From Candidatus Bathyarchaeia archaeon (GTDB lineage: Archaea > Thermoproteota > Bathyarchaeia > Bathyarchaeales > Bathycorpusculaceae), in the NCBI GenBank assembly GCA_038883775.1, contig JAVZLM010000003.1, positions 64,001 to 128,000 on the forward strand: DNA of 64,000 nucleotides. The letters are read 5' to 3'. This document shows, one piece after another, positions 17,954 to 28,600 of this stretch; position 1 is the stretch's first letter; each line of letters opens with the position of its first letter. Both the position numbers and the translations under genes were made by a program. The notes under the pieces are model-generated. The model was not told the DNA's origin. It ran no database searches and was given only the letters and a program-made list of their open reading frames with translations.

Positions 17954-19573
17954 ATGGCCACATACAAAGAGAGAGCAGCCTTCACACTTAAAAGACTAAA
18001 AAATTTCTGGAGGGATTTCTCCAGAAGCAAAAGAGGAGTCCTAGGAGTTGTCATCATACTATTCTACATTATAGTAGCCTTAATAGGTCCACTATTCATA
18101 ACAATTGACCCCCTCTTTCCAACAATGCCAGGATACTACCCAGCAGGCCCAGCTCCAATAGCTGATGTTCTATGCAAACCCACATGGTACAAGTACTTTC
18201 CAGGCAGAAGCGGCATGTCAGAAAACATGAAGTTAATATCAGATCACGAGTTCTCCTCAATCAAAGCAATGGAGGCTTGGGATCAAAAGACTAACGCTCC
18301 AAACTTAATAAGCTATGCATATAACCCAACAGCGGGATCCCACAACAACGACGGATGCATCGAAATATCCTATAACCGCCCAGCCGATTACACTAGCACT
18401 GAAACACCATACCTTCAAATAACCCACAACTTTACCTATCCATACCAGGAAAGCCCAAGAAAATTCTGGATACACCTCTCCTTCCTCCTCAACGGCACAA
18501 TAACAAGGGAAAGTTACGTGTCAATAGAAGTATCATTTTACAGAATTCAAACCCCCCCACCGCCATTAAATTATACGTACCCAAGTTCTCTAACAACGTA
18601 CATAGACTCATTAATAATTTACAAATACCCACTACATAGCATAAATACAACTAGTCCCTCCGCAACCTGGACTCACATGTGGATCACCTCAACCAGAGAC
18701 AGCATAATGTACGATCCAAAATACTACCTCAAACCATGCGCCATCATATTTCCAACATCAGGCAATTACACATTTGAAATTAAAGTAAGCTTTTACGACA
18801 CAGCAACCACTGAAAGAGAAATAAAAGTTTATCTCGACAATTTAGACGTGCTAATTTACGGAGAAGCCTACGGCATACTCGGAACAGACTATAAGACAGG
18901 AGGCCCAAGAGACAACCTAATATCCCTCGTATACGGCGCAAGAATCTCAATATTCGTCGGTTTACTCGCAACCTTTATCTCCGTCAGCCTCGGCTTACTC
19001 GTAGGATTAACAGCAGGATACGTTGGAGGATTAGGCGACGAAGCACTAATGAGACTTGCAGACTTCCTCATGTGCCTCCCAGGCTTGCCATTATATATTG
19101 TGCTGATGGTAGTCTTAGGAAGCTCCATATGGAACGTAATATTACTCATGTCCTTCCTTGGATGGATGGGTTTCTCACGCCAAATAAGATCCATGACCCT
19201 ATCATTACGCGAAAGAGCCTTCGTTGAAGCCGCCAAGGCCGCCGGAGCAGGCAAAGTCTGGATCCTATTTAAGCATATTCTCCCAAACGTCTTCGCGCTA
19301 GTTTACATAGCATTAGCAGTTTCAGTTCCAGGAGTTGTATTAACAGAAGCAACATTAAGTTGGCTCGGACTATTCGATCCAAAACAAATATCATGGGGAA
19401 GAATGCTTCACGAATTCTCCCAAGCAGGTGTTGCAGTTGCAAGAGGCATCGAAGATTACTGGTTCTGGGTGATTCCACCAGGCATAGCCATCGCCTTATT
19501 AGCGATAGCCTTCGTGTTGCTCGGCTACTCTTTAGATGAAATATTAAATCCCAAGCTTAGAGTAAGACGTTAA
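17954..19573 (+). CDS. oppC: Oligopeptide ABC transporter permease with a large extracellular insert
   Basis: LGTD..LVYGARISI, FVEAAKAAGA, HILPN, SWGRML, LDEILNPKLR. About 230 aa insert after TM1. Start at MATYKE. Confidence 0.9.
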   Translation: MATYKERAAFTLKRLKNFWRDFSRSKRGVLGVVIILFYIIVALIGPLFITIDPLFPTMPGYYPAGPAPIADVLCKPTWYKYFPGRSGMSENMKLISDHEFSSIKAMEAWDQKTNAPNLISYAYNPTAGSHNNDGCIEISYNRPADYTSTETPYLQITHNFTYPYQESPRKFWIHLSFLLNGTITRESYVSIEVSFYRIQTPPPPLNYTYPSSLTTYIDSLIIYKYPLHSINTTSPSATWTHMWITSTRDSIMYDPKYYLKPCAIIFPTSGNYTFEIKVSFYDTATTEREIKVYLDNLDVLIYGEAYGILGTDYKTGGPRDNLISLVYGARISIFVGLLATFISVSLGLLVGLTAGYVGGLGDEALMRLADFLMCLPGLPLYIVLMVVLGSSIWNVILLMSFLGWMGFSRQIRSMTLSLRERAFVEAAKAAGAGKVWILFKHILPNVFALVYIALAVSVPGVVLTEATLSWLGLFDPKQISWGRMLHEFSQAGVAVARGIEDYWFWVIPPGIAIALLAIAFVLLGYSLDEILNPKLRVRR

Positions 19574-19576
19574 ACC

Positions 19577-19957
19577 TTAACCTTTACTCAAAGAATCTAT
19601 TTTTTCATCTAAAAATCTCCAAAAATCATCCTCAATTTTTTCCAAAGCCTCTAAAGACTTCAAACCTTTCGATAAAAACCATCCACCGCCCAAAAATGAT
19701 GTCAACCAGCCAAACTTAACAAACGAACGAGAACGCCTTCCAGCCTCAAAAACCACCAAGAAATCATCAGGTTTCCCTCTAATAAAAACTTCAATGTGTT
19801 CGCATAAGTCATGAATGCGCCTAGGAGCTGCTGTAATCTTATACTCTTCCGATGAACACTGCATATTCGTCAAAAAACCCCTATGCTTAAAGAAACCCTC
19901 TAAAACTTCACACAGCAACTTTAAGTTAATATTTTTTCGAATCCACCGACTCTGCAT
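19577..19957 (-). CDS. Hypothetical protein
   Basis: 126-aa ORF filling the oppC-oppD gap on the opposite strand. GAGG upstream. Confidence 0.65.
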   Translation of the reverse strand: MQSRWIRKNINLKLLCEVLEGFFKHRGFLTNMQCSSEEYKITAAPRRIHDLCEHIEVFIRGKPDDFLVVFEAGRRSRSFVKFGWLTSFLGGGWFLSKGLKSLEALEKIEDDFWRFLDEKIDSLSKG

Positions 19958-20110
19958 GTTCCTCTAATTTGTAAATAAAGTTCTTACTAAAAAATTTTTG
20001 GAAAAGCTTTCCATCTATAATGGCTAAACCTTAAATAGCAATGCTTCCACTTAAAGCAAGATGGAAGGCAATCAGCTTTCAAACCTTGCAAGGGGAGGAA
20101 AACAAAAGAC

Positions 20111-21073
20111 ATGGAATTACTTAATGTCAACAACTTAAAAACTTACTTTTTCACACTGAGTGGTGCAGTGAAGGCTGTAGACGGCGTAAATTTTGTAATT
20201 GAAAAAGGAGAAGCAATGGGGTTAGCCGGAGAATCCGGTTGCGGAAAAACCACAGTAGCCCTATCGCTTTTAAGAATTCTTCCACCAGGAGGAAAAATTG
20301 TTGGCGGAAAAATCCTATTCAAAAACTTAAACATAGTCGACTTAGATGAAAGTGATCTGCGGAATAAGGTAAGATGGAAAGGAATTTCTTTAATATTCCA
20401 AGGAGCAATGAATGCGCTTAACCCCGTCCACAGGGTAAAGGACCAAATTATAGAAGCAATAAAGTTACACGAACCGCATGTAACAAAGGATGAAGCTAAA
20501 GAAAGAGTTTTAAAACTCTTTGAAATGGTAGGTTTAGATCCTTCAAGGGTTAACAGTTATCCTCATGAATTAAGTGGAGGAATGAAGCAGCGTGCCATGA
20601 TAGCAATGGCTCTAGCGTGCAACCCCGAACTTTTGATAGCGGATGAACCTTCAACAGCATTAGACGTTATAGTTCAAGCTCAAGTCCTCCAACTTATAAA
20701 GCATTTAAAAGAAAAACTACAGTTATCCATGATACTTATATCTCATGATCTGTCAATTGTTGCCGAAACATGCGATAAAGTGGCTATTATGTATGCGGGA
20801 AAAATAGTAGAATACGGAGATGTCAAAACACTTTTCGAGGAACCTCTACATCCATACGCACAAAGTTTGATAAAGGCCTTTCCACACATTAAAGAAGCTA
20901 AGACCCGCTTAATTTCTATACCAGGCGCTCCCCCAGATCTAATAAATCCTCCCACTGGTTGTCGATTCCACCCCAGATGCAGTTATAGTATGGAAATTTG
21001 TAAGAAAAAAGAACCGCCTATGATAAATGTTAAGGGTAACGCGCATTACGTAAGTTGTCACCTTATTGGTTAA
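20111..21073 (+). CDS. oppD: Oligopeptide ABC transporter ATPase
   Basis: GESGCGKT, YPHELSGGMKQR, IADEP, C-terminal GCRFHPRC..C..VSCHL. Confidence 0.95.
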   Translation: MELLNVNNLKTYFFTLSGAVKAVDGVNFVIEKGEAMGLAGESGCGKTTVALSLLRILPPGGKIVGGKILFKNLNIVDLDESDLRNKVRWKGISLIFQGAMNALNPVHRVKDQIIEAIKLHEPHVTKDEAKERVLKLFEMVGLDPSRVNSYPHELSGGMKQRAMIAMALACNPELLIADEPSTALDVIVQAQVLQLIKHLKEKLQLSMILISHDLSIVAETCDKVAIMYAGKIVEYGDVKTLFEEPLHPYAQSLIKAFPHIKEAKTRLISIPGAPPDLINPPTGCRFHPRCSYSMEICKKKEPPMINVKGNAHYVSCHLIG

Positions 21074-21093
21074 GTTGATGGAGAGATAACAAA

Positions 21094-22089
21094 ATGAGCG
21101 AAACAATAGTTAAAGTAGTAAATTTGAAAAAATGGTTTCCTGTAAAATTGGGTTTCTTTAAAACATTAGTTTCCCGCAAGCAACTTTATGTTCGCGCGGT
21201 AGACGGCATAAACTTAGAAATAAAAAAGGGAGAAATTTTTGGACTTGCAGGCGAAAGTGGGAGTGGAAAGACCACTACAGGACGGTTACTTGTTAAACTT
21301 ATTGAACCAACATCCGGACAAATTTTCTTTGGTGATAAAGATGTAACTAACCTTCCAGAAAGCCAATTTAAGCCTTTCCGTCAAAAAATACAAATAATTT
21401 TCCAAGATCCATATGAGTCGCTTAATCCTAGAATGACAATTTTTGACATTATAGCTGAACCTTTACGCCTTCAAGCTGGTTTAAGCGGATCTGAACTTGA
21501 TGAAAAAGTTTTCAAAGTCTTAACCGACGTAGGTTTAGTTCCGCCTCATGAGTTCATTTTTAGATTCCCCCACGAGTTAAGCGGAGGACAAAGGCAACGA
21601 GTGGCTACGGCGAGAGCTTTATCGCTGAGTCCAGATTTCATAGTTGCTGACGAACCAGTGTCAATGTTAGATGTATCTATCAGAGCAGAAGTTTTAAATT
21701 TAATGTTCGATTTAATGAAGAAGTACCATGTGTCTTTCCTTTACATCACACATGATTTAGCATTAGCTCGACACATCTGCGACGAAATAGCTATAATGTA
21801 TCTTGGTAAAATCATGGAAAAGGGACCTACAGAAAAAGTCATTTATGAACCTTTGCATCCCTACACAAAAGCCCTAATATCAGCTGTTCCTGTTCCTGAC
21901 CCATCATCAAAACGAGCGGAAATAGTGATAAAAGGAGAAATTCCAAGTCCAGTTAACCCACCCCCAGGCTGCAGATTCCACACAAGATGTCCAGAATACA
22001 TTGGCGACGTGTGTAGAACAAAAGAGCCAACGCTTATAAATGTGGGAAAGGCTCATTATGTTGCATGCCATTTATACTCTAAACCTTAA
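21094..22089 (+). CDS. oppF: Oligopeptide ABC transporter ATPase
   Basis: GESGSGKT, FQDPYESLNPR, LSGGQRQR, VADEPVSMLDVS, GCRFHTRC. Confidence 0.95.
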   Translation: MSETIVKVVNLKKWFPVKLGFFKTLVSRKQLYVRAVDGINLEIKKGEIFGLAGESGSGKTTTGRLLVKLIEPTSGQIFFGDKDVTNLPESQFKPFRQKIQIIFQDPYESLNPRMTIFDIIAEPLRLQAGLSGSELDEKVFKVLTDVGLVPPHEFIFRFPHELSGGQRQRVATARALSLSPDFIVADEPVSMLDVSIRAEVLNLMFDLMKKYHVSFLYITHDLALARHICDEIAIMYLGKIMEKGPTEKVIYEPLHPYTKALISAVPVPDPSSKRAEIVIKGEIPSPVNPPPGCRFHTRCPEYIGDVCRTKEPTLINVGKAHYVACHLYSKP

Positions 22090-22102
22090 AATCTTCAAAA
22101 TT

Positions 22103-22366
22103 TCATGAGCCTTGAAGCCCTTTAGTTCCTTGTTCTGATTCTTTTATTTTTGATAGAATCCAATCTTTATAGGCTGCCACAACTCCCCAAGCTATAAATA
22201 TTCCAATTGTTGCTAAGGCATTAAATGGTGAAGGAAGCCATACAAGGGCCAAAACTAAAAGGAAAGGTGTTAAAGTTACCAAAATACCAGCAATCACAAT
22301 AACCCAAAAATATTTGGAACGTAAGATAGAACCTAGTAGTCCCATATTTACGAACCATGTTTGCAT
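22103..22366 (-). CDS. Small two-TM hypothetical protein
   Basis: 87 aa (or 80 from MGLL) with two hydrophobic helices and a charged tail. Confidence 0.6.
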   Translation of the reverse strand: MQTWFVNMGLLGSILRSKYFWVIVIAGILVTLTPFLLVLALVWLPSPFNALATIGIFIAWGVVAAYKDWILSKIKESEQGTKGLQGS

Positions 22367-22458
22367 AAAATAAAAAGGTTTCTCTTCTACTTTTAGTGCA
22401 TTTACCTCAAGAATAAAATATTAATTGTTCTTATTATATTATAACATTTATTGAAAAT

Positions 22459-25400
22459 ATGGAGATGAAGGAACTGAATATCAAGATAGCAATTTTAGTA
22501 ACGCTGCTAACTTTCCTGACATTAACATTAAATGGCATAAGCGTAATAGAGGGGCAATGCGTAAACCAGGCGTCGCTCGAATGGAATCAAAGAGACCTTG
22601 AACGGATTCTTGATCAACAAGACCGGTTGAAAAAAATTGCCTATGTGAAAAACGACCTTGTCAGGTTGGTGTTGGGAGTTGATGCTCAAGTTTCATATAG
22701 CTATTTTAAGCTGGAAAAAGTTGTTGCCGCTTATAGTGGGCGCATAGTTAATTTAATCTCGATGAACAGCGAAGTTAAAGCAGTAACTGTTGAAATTCCA
22801 ATAAAGCGCTCTTCGATTTTTATGAGTGAAATAACTGAAAAAAAGATGGCAAAGTTTATTGAGCCTAACTTTAAATTTCAATGTCAGTTTGTTCCAAATG
22901 ATCCTTATTGGACACTGCAGTGGGGACCGCAAAAAATAGAAGCTCCTTGGGCATGGAACATAACAGTAGGTGACCCCTCAGTTCTTGTGGCGGTTGTGGA
23001 TACTGGAATAGATTATTCCCATCCAGATCTAGCTGCTAACTATGTCGCCCTTGGCAGGGATTGGGTGAACGGTGACCCGGATCCCATGGATGATGAGGGA
23101 CATGGAACACATTGTGCAGGCATAATAGCCGCTGTATTAAATAACGGCATCGGCATCGCCGGGGTGGCTAAAATTAAAATAATGGCTGAGAAAGGTCTTG
23201 ATAGAACAGGATCCGGATACACAGATTGGCTTGCGAATGCCATCATTCACGCTGTAGAAAAAGGTGCCAAAATTATAAGCATGAGCTGGGGAGGATACTA
23301 CCACAGCAAACTAATTTATGAAGCAATTAAATATGCTTATGATTCTGGCGTGCTTTTAGTGGCGGCCGCAGGTAACGATCGAGTAAATGCAAAACTATTC
23401 CCTGCGGGTTATAATGAAGTTATAGCCGTTGCGGCAACAGACGATTACGATAATGTTGCTTCATGGTCCAACTTCGGCGATTGGATTGAATTGTCAGCGC
23501 CGGGAGTGCAGATTTATTCTACTTATCCAAGAAATAATTATGTGTATTTAAGTGGGACTTCGATGGCGGCGCCGCATGTAAGTGGTGTTGCAGCTTTAAT
23601 TTGGAGCCAATTTCCAGAAAAAAGCAGAGACTGGGTGAGGATACGTTTACGATACACTAGCGATGACATCAGTTTTCCAGGTTATGATATTCGTTCTGGT
23701 TATGGAAGAATTAACGCAAGAAAAGCTGTTGAGCAGCCTCTGTTAAATCATGATTTAGCCTTTTACGATTGGGAGTTTCCTCCTTATGTAGAACCAGGAA
23801 GCACGGCAACGGTTAATTTTACAGTGTTGAATTTTGGAGCGCAAAACGAATACGATGTAACTATACAGCTGTTAATAGAGGGAGCCCTCACAAACTTTAC
23901 CGTTATAAGCTTCATTGCTAATGGTACATCTGAAACAGCAAGTGTTAAATGGAACCCAGTTACAAAAGGAAATTATAACGTCACTTTATATTTGGTTCCC
24001 GTATCTGGCGAATTTTCCATCCAAAATAACAGAGTTACAAAATTTGTTTATGTAGATTTTCCAAGAAAAGCTTTGGTTCTAAGTTCAGAAGGGAATGTTT
24101 TAAGTTTTGTCACCCGCAATTGGGATGAGTTAAATGCGAAATGGTCTTCCTTTGGAGATAACATGATCTACATTGATTATACAACTTTAAACAAAGAAGA
24201 CATAACGTACGAAGAGATTGCAACTACAAACGCAGACGTTTTAATAATTTCGAGTGCATGGACTTCCGAGTATGGATGGGAATTTACAGATTCAGAAATA
24301 GACGCTATAAAGAGATACGTGCTTGAAGGACACGGATTAATAGTTACGGAAGCTACATTTTATCATCCAGTTCAAAACAATGTTAAGTTAGCTTCGCTGT
24401 TAGGGTTAAACGACTCGTTAATCTGGAATTATACAACAGCCACCTCTCTCAATCTGATAGAACCTAGCCATCCGCTTCTACGTGGAATCCCAAATCCCTA
24501 TTCTTTTCCGGAAGTAACAACTATGATTTCTTTAGACGGTTTATGGGATGACAATGAGTTAGAAGGCGGCAAATATATTGCGCTGGGAAGCAATAAGAAA
24601 ACTGCAATAGTTGTCTCTGAACGTGGCCGCGTTTATATTTCGCCTTATCTTGAAAGTATAGATCCATCAGCAAGTCAGAATCATCTAAAGTTACTTTACA
24701 ACGCCATTACATGGTCACCTCATGAACTTTCGGTATCATTGGATGCGCCAAATTATCATCCTTTAGGCGAATCATTGCTGCTTAATGCAACAGTTCATAA
24801 CATTGGATCCGTAAATGAAACAAATGTTCTTTTGCAATTGATTATTAATGGTTCAACAGTCTGTTCCGCAGTTATTGCAGAGTTAAAAAGCAATTCTTCT
24901 TATACGATAAGCTACTTATGGACGCCGGAAGAGGGCGAATACAATGTTACAGCTTATGCTGCTCCAGTAAAAGGCGAGACTTTTAAAATCAACAATACTG
25001 AAACGAAAATTGTCAAGATATCGCGTTTTCGTGATGTGGCGGTGTTTAACATTTCAGCTCCGAATGCGGCTTATAAAGGAAGTATTGTAAAAATCGAAGT
25101 TTTGGCAGGAAATTTGGGAGAACTCAGCGAAACCTTTAATGTTACCGTATACTGTGACTATACACTTATAGCCACGCTTCCTGTGGTAGACTTACTCCCA
25201 AAACAAAATATAACATTAACACTTTGGTGGAACACTTCAGCGTTAACACCTTGTCATACGTATAATATTTGGGCTGAAGCAACATCGGTTTCAGGTGAGG
25301 TTAACATAGAAAATAATGTTTTCATTGGGGTGCAAGTGAAGATTAAAATGCTTGGAGATGTAAATGGAGATGGTAACATTAACATTTACGATGTTGTGTT

Positions 25401-25533
25401 GGTCGCGTCAATTTATGGATGCAAAGAAGGAGATCCCAACTGGAATTCAGAAGCCGACTTGGCTCCACCATGGGGATTAATCAACATATATGACATTGTA
25501 GTAATAACCTCCGTATATGGGCAAAAATGTTAA
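22459..25533 (+). CDS. Secreted subtilisin (S8, thermitase-like) with CARDB domains and C-terminal dockerin
   Basis: Triad VAVVDTGID / HGTHCAG / GTSMAAPHVSG, oxyanion AAGND, propeptide, three CARDB-like units. Dockerin LGDVNGDGNINIYD..ADLAPPWGLINIYD. Confidence 0.92.
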   Translation: MEMKELNIKIAILVTLLTFLTLTLNGISVIEGQCVNQASLEWNQRDLERILDQQDRLKKIAYVKNDLVRLVLGVDAQVSYSYFKLEKVVAAYSGRIVNLISMNSEVKAVTVEIPIKRSSIFMSEITEKKMAKFIEPNFKFQCQFVPNDPYWTLQWGPQKIEAPWAWNITVGDPSVLVAVVDTGIDYSHPDLAANYVALGRDWVNGDPDPMDDEGHGTHCAGIIAAVLNNGIGIAGVAKIKIMAEKGLDRTGSGYTDWLANAIIHAVEKGAKIISMSWGGYYHSKLIYEAIKYAYDSGVLLVAAAGNDRVNAKLFPAGYNEVIAVAATDDYDNVASWSNFGDWIELSAPGVQIYSTYPRNNYVYLSGTSMAAPHVSGVAALIWSQFPEKSRDWVRIRLRYTSDDISFPGYDIRSGYGRINARKAVEQPLLNHDLAFYDWEFPPYVEPGSTATVNFTVLNFGAQNEYDVTIQLLIEGALTNFTVISFIANGTSETASVKWNPVTKGNYNVTLYLVPVSGEFSIQNNRVTKFVYVDFPRKALVLSSEGNVLSFVTRNWDELNAKWSSFGDNMIYIDYTTLNKEDITYEEIATTNADVLIISSAWTSEYGWEFTDSEIDAIKRYVLEGHGLIVTEATFYHPVQNNVKLASLLGLNDSLIWNYTTATSLNLIEPSHPLLRGIPNPYSFPEVTTMISLDGLWDDNELEGGKYIALGSNKKTAIVVSERGRVYISPYLESIDPSASQNHLKLLYNAITWSPHELSVSLDAPNYHPLGESLLLNATVHNIGSVNETNVLLQLIINGSTVCSAVIAELKSNSSYTISYLWTPEEGEYNVTAYAAPVKGETFKINNTETKIVKISRFRDVAVFNISAPNAAYKGSIVKIEVLAGNLGELSETFNVTVYCDYTLIATLPVVDLLPKQNITLTLWWNTSALTPCHTYNIWAEATSVSGEVNIENNVFIGVQVKIKMLGDVNGDGNINIYDVVLVASIYGCKEGDPNWNSEADLAPPWGLINIYDIVVITSVYGQKC

Positions 25534-25625
25534 AGCGTATTAACCTCTTTATTAAAGTGCACTATTTTATCCTATAATTTACAAATAAGTTATACTAGAA
25601 GATAATTCCAAAAGTTTTAAATGTT

Positions 25626-28600
25626 TTGAGGCGAAATTATTTTCGGGGAAGGGAGAGATTGTACTCTTGGTTTAAATACTTGTCAGTTTTTTTCTTAATT
25701 GTATTTTTAGTGATGCCTTTGCTTTTCGTGTTTTCGGTCAACGCTTCTTCTAGTGTACGCTTATATCCTACTGCTGATTCTTGGGTTGAAGCTGAATATC
25801 CAAACGACAATCATGGCACTGACACTAGTCTGCGTGTCAAGTCCAATTCTAGGACTAGGCGGAGTTATTTAAAATTTGATTTAAGTTCTATTCCAAATGG
25901 TAAATCCGTAATTTCTGTGAAGCTTTATTTGTATTGTACTTATGCCGATGCTAATCCAAGTGTTGAGATTTATGTTCATGAAACTGGTGACGGTTGGACT
26001 GAATCGACCATAACTTGGAATAATGCACCCGCTGTTGGCGCTTCTATTACAAGCGTTTCTGTTGGCGGAACTGGCAAGTATTATTGTTGGGATATTACGC
26101 CTTATGGCCAAGCGCAGTATTCTGGTGACAAGATTTTAAGCGTTGTTGTAAAATTGCTTTTGGATGATCCTTCACAGAACAATCCTAGCTATACTAGATA
26201 TTTTGCAAGCAAAGAATATAGTGGAACTGGGCAAGATCCATATTTAGAAGTAATTTATGAGAATACTCCTCCAACAGCTTTGTTCACTTATTCGCCTACT
26301 TATCCTGTGGCAAATGAGACTGTTACTTTTGATGCTTCTGGAAGTTATGATCCAGACGGGTCCATTGTGAGCTATACTTGGGATTTTGGGGATGGAAATA
26401 TAACCACCGTGACAACACCAGTAATCGGCCATGAATTTATAACATATTCTAACTACACTGTCACGTTAACTGTTACTGACGATAACGGTTTGAGTGGTTC
26501 ATACTCGAAGGTTGTGGAGGTTGTTGACCCGGCTATTTTGAGGGTTTATCTTCCCGAAGGCGTTTATGTTAAGAAAAACACGGGTGACCCGTGGATAGAT
26601 GAGGGTTGGCTTCTAAATAAGACGGGTAACTCTTGGAGTTTCACGTTGAAGATTTATGATACAAGCAAATGCGTAACGTCTTATGATACGCATCTGGTCG
26701 TTGCCCTTAATGATGCTGCCTACAACAATCTTCAAACTTTAACTATAAATGGGACTTCTATACCCAAATCCACCTTCAAAAATGGTAAACCGAAGCCCTA
26801 TGATAAAGGATACTGGCCTAACTGTGTTTATCCAACATGGTTTAACGATACATATATTAATGTTGGAACAATCTTGCCTAAGGGCACTGTGAGCCTTACT
26901 GTTTCTGTAACATTTTCTGGTGCCACTGGTGCAAGAATGCATTTTGACGCCTACGGTTCTGTAGTTAATAGAAAGCCATGTTCTTGGACGGAAGTTGCAT
27001 ATTCTCCAAGCTCTGAGGATTCAACGGTTCTTTATCAAGCTGCTCCCCAACCCCTCACGGTTTCCATAACCCCAACATCAGCCATTATCGATTTGGGACA
27101 ATACATAACCTTTAATTCCATAGTTTCTGGTGGAACTCCGCCCTACAGTTATCAATGGTATCTTAACGGAAGCGCTGTGATCGGCGCCAACCAGAGCAGT
27201 TGGATTTTCACGCCTTCAATACCTGGCTATTATTTGGTTCATTTAAATGTGACAGATAATGTTGGCAATAAGGCGGAATCAAATGTTGCCGGAATCACAG
27301 TTAATCCGCCCATTTCAGTTTCAATTCAGCCTATTTCAAGTGTTATTGTTTTGGGCGAGTCGGTAAAATTTACATCAACCGTTTCTGGTGGAACACTGCC
27401 CTACAGTTATCAATGGTATCTTAACGATACGGCAGTGAGCGGAGCTAATGATCCGTCTTGGAATTTCACGCCAACAGAAGTTGGATATTATCTTGTTTGT
27501 TTAAAAGTAACTGATGGTTCGTCGGCAGTTGCGCTTTCAAATGAAGTAGAAGTCACTGTTAATCCTAAAACTTATACTCTTACAATCATAACAACTGCTG
27601 GTGGAACAACTACTCCATGTCCTGGAACGTATACCTATGTTGAAGGAACACTTGTTTTGGTCGCTGCCATTCCATACGTAAACTACAACTTTGGATATTG
27701 GGAACTAGACGGTGCCTATTACGGCACTAATAATCCAACAACAGTTTTAATGGATAAAAACCACACTTTAAAGGCGTTTTTCGCAGTAATTACTCGCACA
27801 TTAACTATTACTGCCACAACCGGAGGAACAACCAGCCCGGCTCCTGGGACTTACGTATATGTTAATGGTACATATGCTACTGTCACCGCCATTCCCTCGG
27901 CTAACTATCTGTTTCATCATTGGATTTTGGATGGTTCTCCAGCTGGTTCCGTTAACCCAATTAACGTTCTAATGGACAGAGACCACAATTTGCACGCTGT
28001 TTTCGCCATAATCAATTATACGCTTACAATAACAACAACAAGTGGTGGCACCACTAACCCTTCCCCCGGCACCTATGTTTATGCTTCAGGCTCTACAGTT
28101 CAGGTATTAGCAATTCCAAATGTAAACTACAAGTTTGTTAGATGGGAGCTTAACGGCAATAACATAACAACTAATCCAATAACAATTCTAATGAACAAAA
28201 GTTACACCTTGCACGCCGTTTTCGCGCCTTTAACTTATAAACTAACAATTTTAAGCTCCACGGGCGGAACCACAAATCCAGCGCCTGGAACGTACACTTA
28301 TCCTAATGGCACATATGCTTCTGTAACAGCCATACCAGATGCAAATTACCTATTTGACCATTGGCTTTTAGATGGTAACCCCGCAGGTTCAGCTAATCCA
28401 ATTAACATTCTAATGACAGATGACCACACTCTACAACCAATATTTGTATTACGTAATTACACATTAACAATAACAACAACAGCAGGAGGCACTACCAATC
28501 CAGCGTCGGGAGTATACACCTATCCAGCTGGAACGGTTGTCCAAGTTACCGCCATACCTAATACTGGTTACAGGTTTGATTATTGGGTTTTGGATGGTTC

